Shown: in pieces, positions 62,564 to 64,000 of the stretch
Layout: each line of letters begins with the position of its first letter
Position numbering within the stretch: the stretch's first letter is position 1
Assembly (NCBI GenBank): GCA_965203965.1
Contig: CBDBDR010000017.1
Coordinates: forward strand, 1,344,001 to 1,408,000
Direction: 5' to 3'
Source of the DNA: Thermodesulfobacteriota bacterium
Lineage (GTDB): Bacteria > Desulfobacterota_D > UBA1144 > Nemesobacterales > JAJCZQ01
DNA: 64,000 nt
Made by a program: the position numbers and the translations under genes
The notes under the pieces: generated by a model
What the model was told of the DNA's origin: nothing
The model's input: only the letters and a program-made list of their open reading frames with translations
Databases searched by the model: none

Positions 62564-63175
62564 TTACCGCCTTACTGCTTCTATGAAATTTTTCATCTTT
62601 ACATGATTTTTTTTGCCTGGGGATCCCTCTACCCCAGATGCAACGTCAACTGCGTAAGGGTTGATTTGCTCTATTGCACTTCCAACGTTCTCAGGATTAA
62701 GTCCGCCTGAAAGGATAACATATTTATTCTTATAAATCTGGTTCCGTATCAGGTTCCAATCAAAGGATTTGCCCGTTCCCCCGTACTCATTTTTACCATA
62801 GCTATCAAGTAGCACGTAAGGCACATCAAATTTATCAATCTCATCAAGGCTTTTTCTATCCTTGATCCTGAATGCTTTTATGTAAGGTCTATTGAGGTTC
62901 TTAAAATAATCGGGTTGCTCATCTCCATTGAATTGAAGCAAATCCAATCCTGCCGTGCTTGCAATTCTATTTACAATGTTGCTGTTTTCATTGACAAAAA
63001 CGCCAACTTTTTTTACAAATGGAGGCATTTCCCGTGATATTTTGCTGGCAATCTCAACAGTGACGCAGCGAGGACTCTCTTTATAGAATATAAACCCCAG
63101 AGCGTCAGCTCCATTATGAACGGCAGCCTCGGCGTCTTTTTTGTTTGTGATTCCGCAAATTTTAATCTTTGTCAT
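62564..63175 (-). CDS. trpF: Phosphoribosylanthranilate isomerase
   Basis: KICGIT, GFIF..SPR, VGVFVN, GGTGKSFDW, LSGGL.PEN, VDVASGVE. Confidence 0.96.
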   Translation of the reverse strand: MTKIKICGITNKKDAEAAVHNGADALGFIFYKESPRCVTVEIASKISREMPPFVKKVGVFVNENSNIVNRIASTAGLDLLQFNGDEQPDYFKNLNRPYIKAFRIKDRKSLDEIDKFDVPYVLLDSYGKNEYGGTGKSFDWNLIRNQIYKNKYVILSGGLNPENVGSAIEQINPYAVDVASGVEGSPGKKNHVKMKNFIEAVRR

Positions 63176-63308
63176 TGCGTATTATTACTCCATTTGTCTT
63201 GCCGTTTATTACAATTATGCAAGTAAATTAGTTCTCATCTTACTTTATTTGTTATGAAGCAGCGTGTATCCTGTCCTTTGTATTTTCCTGCTAATTTTTA
63301 GTATACAG

Positions 63309-64000
63309 ATGAACCTTTTTAACTCTTTAATTATCTCTCTTAAAGTCCTAAAAGCAAACAAAGTAAGGTCGTTTTTGACTACACTCGGGATAATCATAGG
63401 TGTTGCGGCCGTTATATCCCTAATGACTATAACCCAAGGCGCAAAGGAGATGATAGAGAGCCAGCTAACCTCGCTCGGGGGGAAGTCCCTTATTGTGAAT
63501 AGAGGTATAAATACCGGCAAAAAAGTAAAGACGGCAAAGTTTACAAAAAAAACAGATGTAAAACCCTTGACGGAAAAGGATGCACGATCCATAAGGGAGC
63601 TTGGCATGGTGCAATACGTCTCGGAAATTTTGGACACTACTTACAATGTTGTTGCAGACGGCAAAAGTTGGCTTACCAAAATAGTCGGAGTGTCTCCTGA
63701 ATTTGTCTATATTAACGACTGGTTCCCTTTACAAGGAACGTTTTTTAACAAAAAAGATGTAAAGGATGCAGCCCTTGTATGCGTAATTGGCAAAACGGTT
63801 CAAAATATTTTGTTCCCGGGTATTGATCCGGTCGGTCAAAAGATAAGAATTGGTAACTTTACATACCGTATTATTGGAATTATGAAGCCTATTGGACAAA
63901 CTCCAAGCGGCAAGGATCAAGATGATTTAATTCTATTGCCATATACTGCCGTTCAAGAAAGGCTATTGAACAGCAGTGTGCTTGACAACATATCAGTCGC
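63309..64000 (+). CDS. MacB/FtsX-family ABC transporter permease (partial, runs off the right end)
   Basis: Absent from the ORF track. Manual translation MNLFNSLIISLKVLKANKVRSFLTTLGIIIGVAAVISLMTITQGA... matches the MacB N-terminal signature. Confidence 0.9.
   Translation, partial: MNLFNSLIISLKVLKANKVRSFLTTLGIIIGVAAVISLMTITQGAKEMIESQLTSLGGKSLIVNRGINTGKKVKTAKFTKKTDVKPLTEKDARSIRELGMVQYVSEILDTTYNVVADGKSWLTKIVGVSPEFVYINDWFPLQGTFFNKKDVKDAALVCVIGKTVQNILFPGIDPVGQKIRIGNFTYRIIGIMKPIGQTPSGKDQDDLILLPYTAVQERLLNSSVLDNISV

Noticed and set aside
63245..63920. Minus-strand ORFs of 130 and 63 aa
   Set aside because: Antisense to the MacB-family permease, which the track omits because it has no stop inside the window.

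Overview
AT-rich bacterial chromosome window, almost entirely core housekeeping genes of a diderm bacterium. Gene content is compatible with a Desulfobacterota/'Dadabacteria'-like lineage, but that placement is inference only. The left end (1-4122) is the edge of a probable defence island downstream of tRNA-Arg(CCG): a single-chain restriction-modification enzyme plus a DUF433/VapC45-type toxin-antitoxin pair. The rest contains leuS, thiE, thrC, trmB, aroB, apt, panBCD, serS-ribF-aroE, lepA, rpsU-dnaG-sigma70, uppS-dxr-rseP, trpFBA and others. The most notable features are: (i) a stand-alone 5S rRNA gene with a perfect TTGACA-17-TATAAT promoter and a U8 tract; (ii) at least seven genes with a -10 hexamer 6-8 nt before the ATG and no Shine-Dalgarno, suggesting frequent leaderless mRNAs; (iii) a UDG gene whose stop codon lies inside the tRNA; (iv) a divergent sigma70 in the rpoD position; (v) paired 1-Cys and 4-Cys DksA paralogues; (vi) RseP with an extra, probably cytoplasmic, PDZ-like insert; (vii) a receiver-like/DHH fusion; (viii) a cytidylyltransferase plus CDP-alcohol phosphotransferase pair. 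No CRISPR array, transposase or integrase is visible. All product calls rest on motif recognition by eye; no database searches were run.
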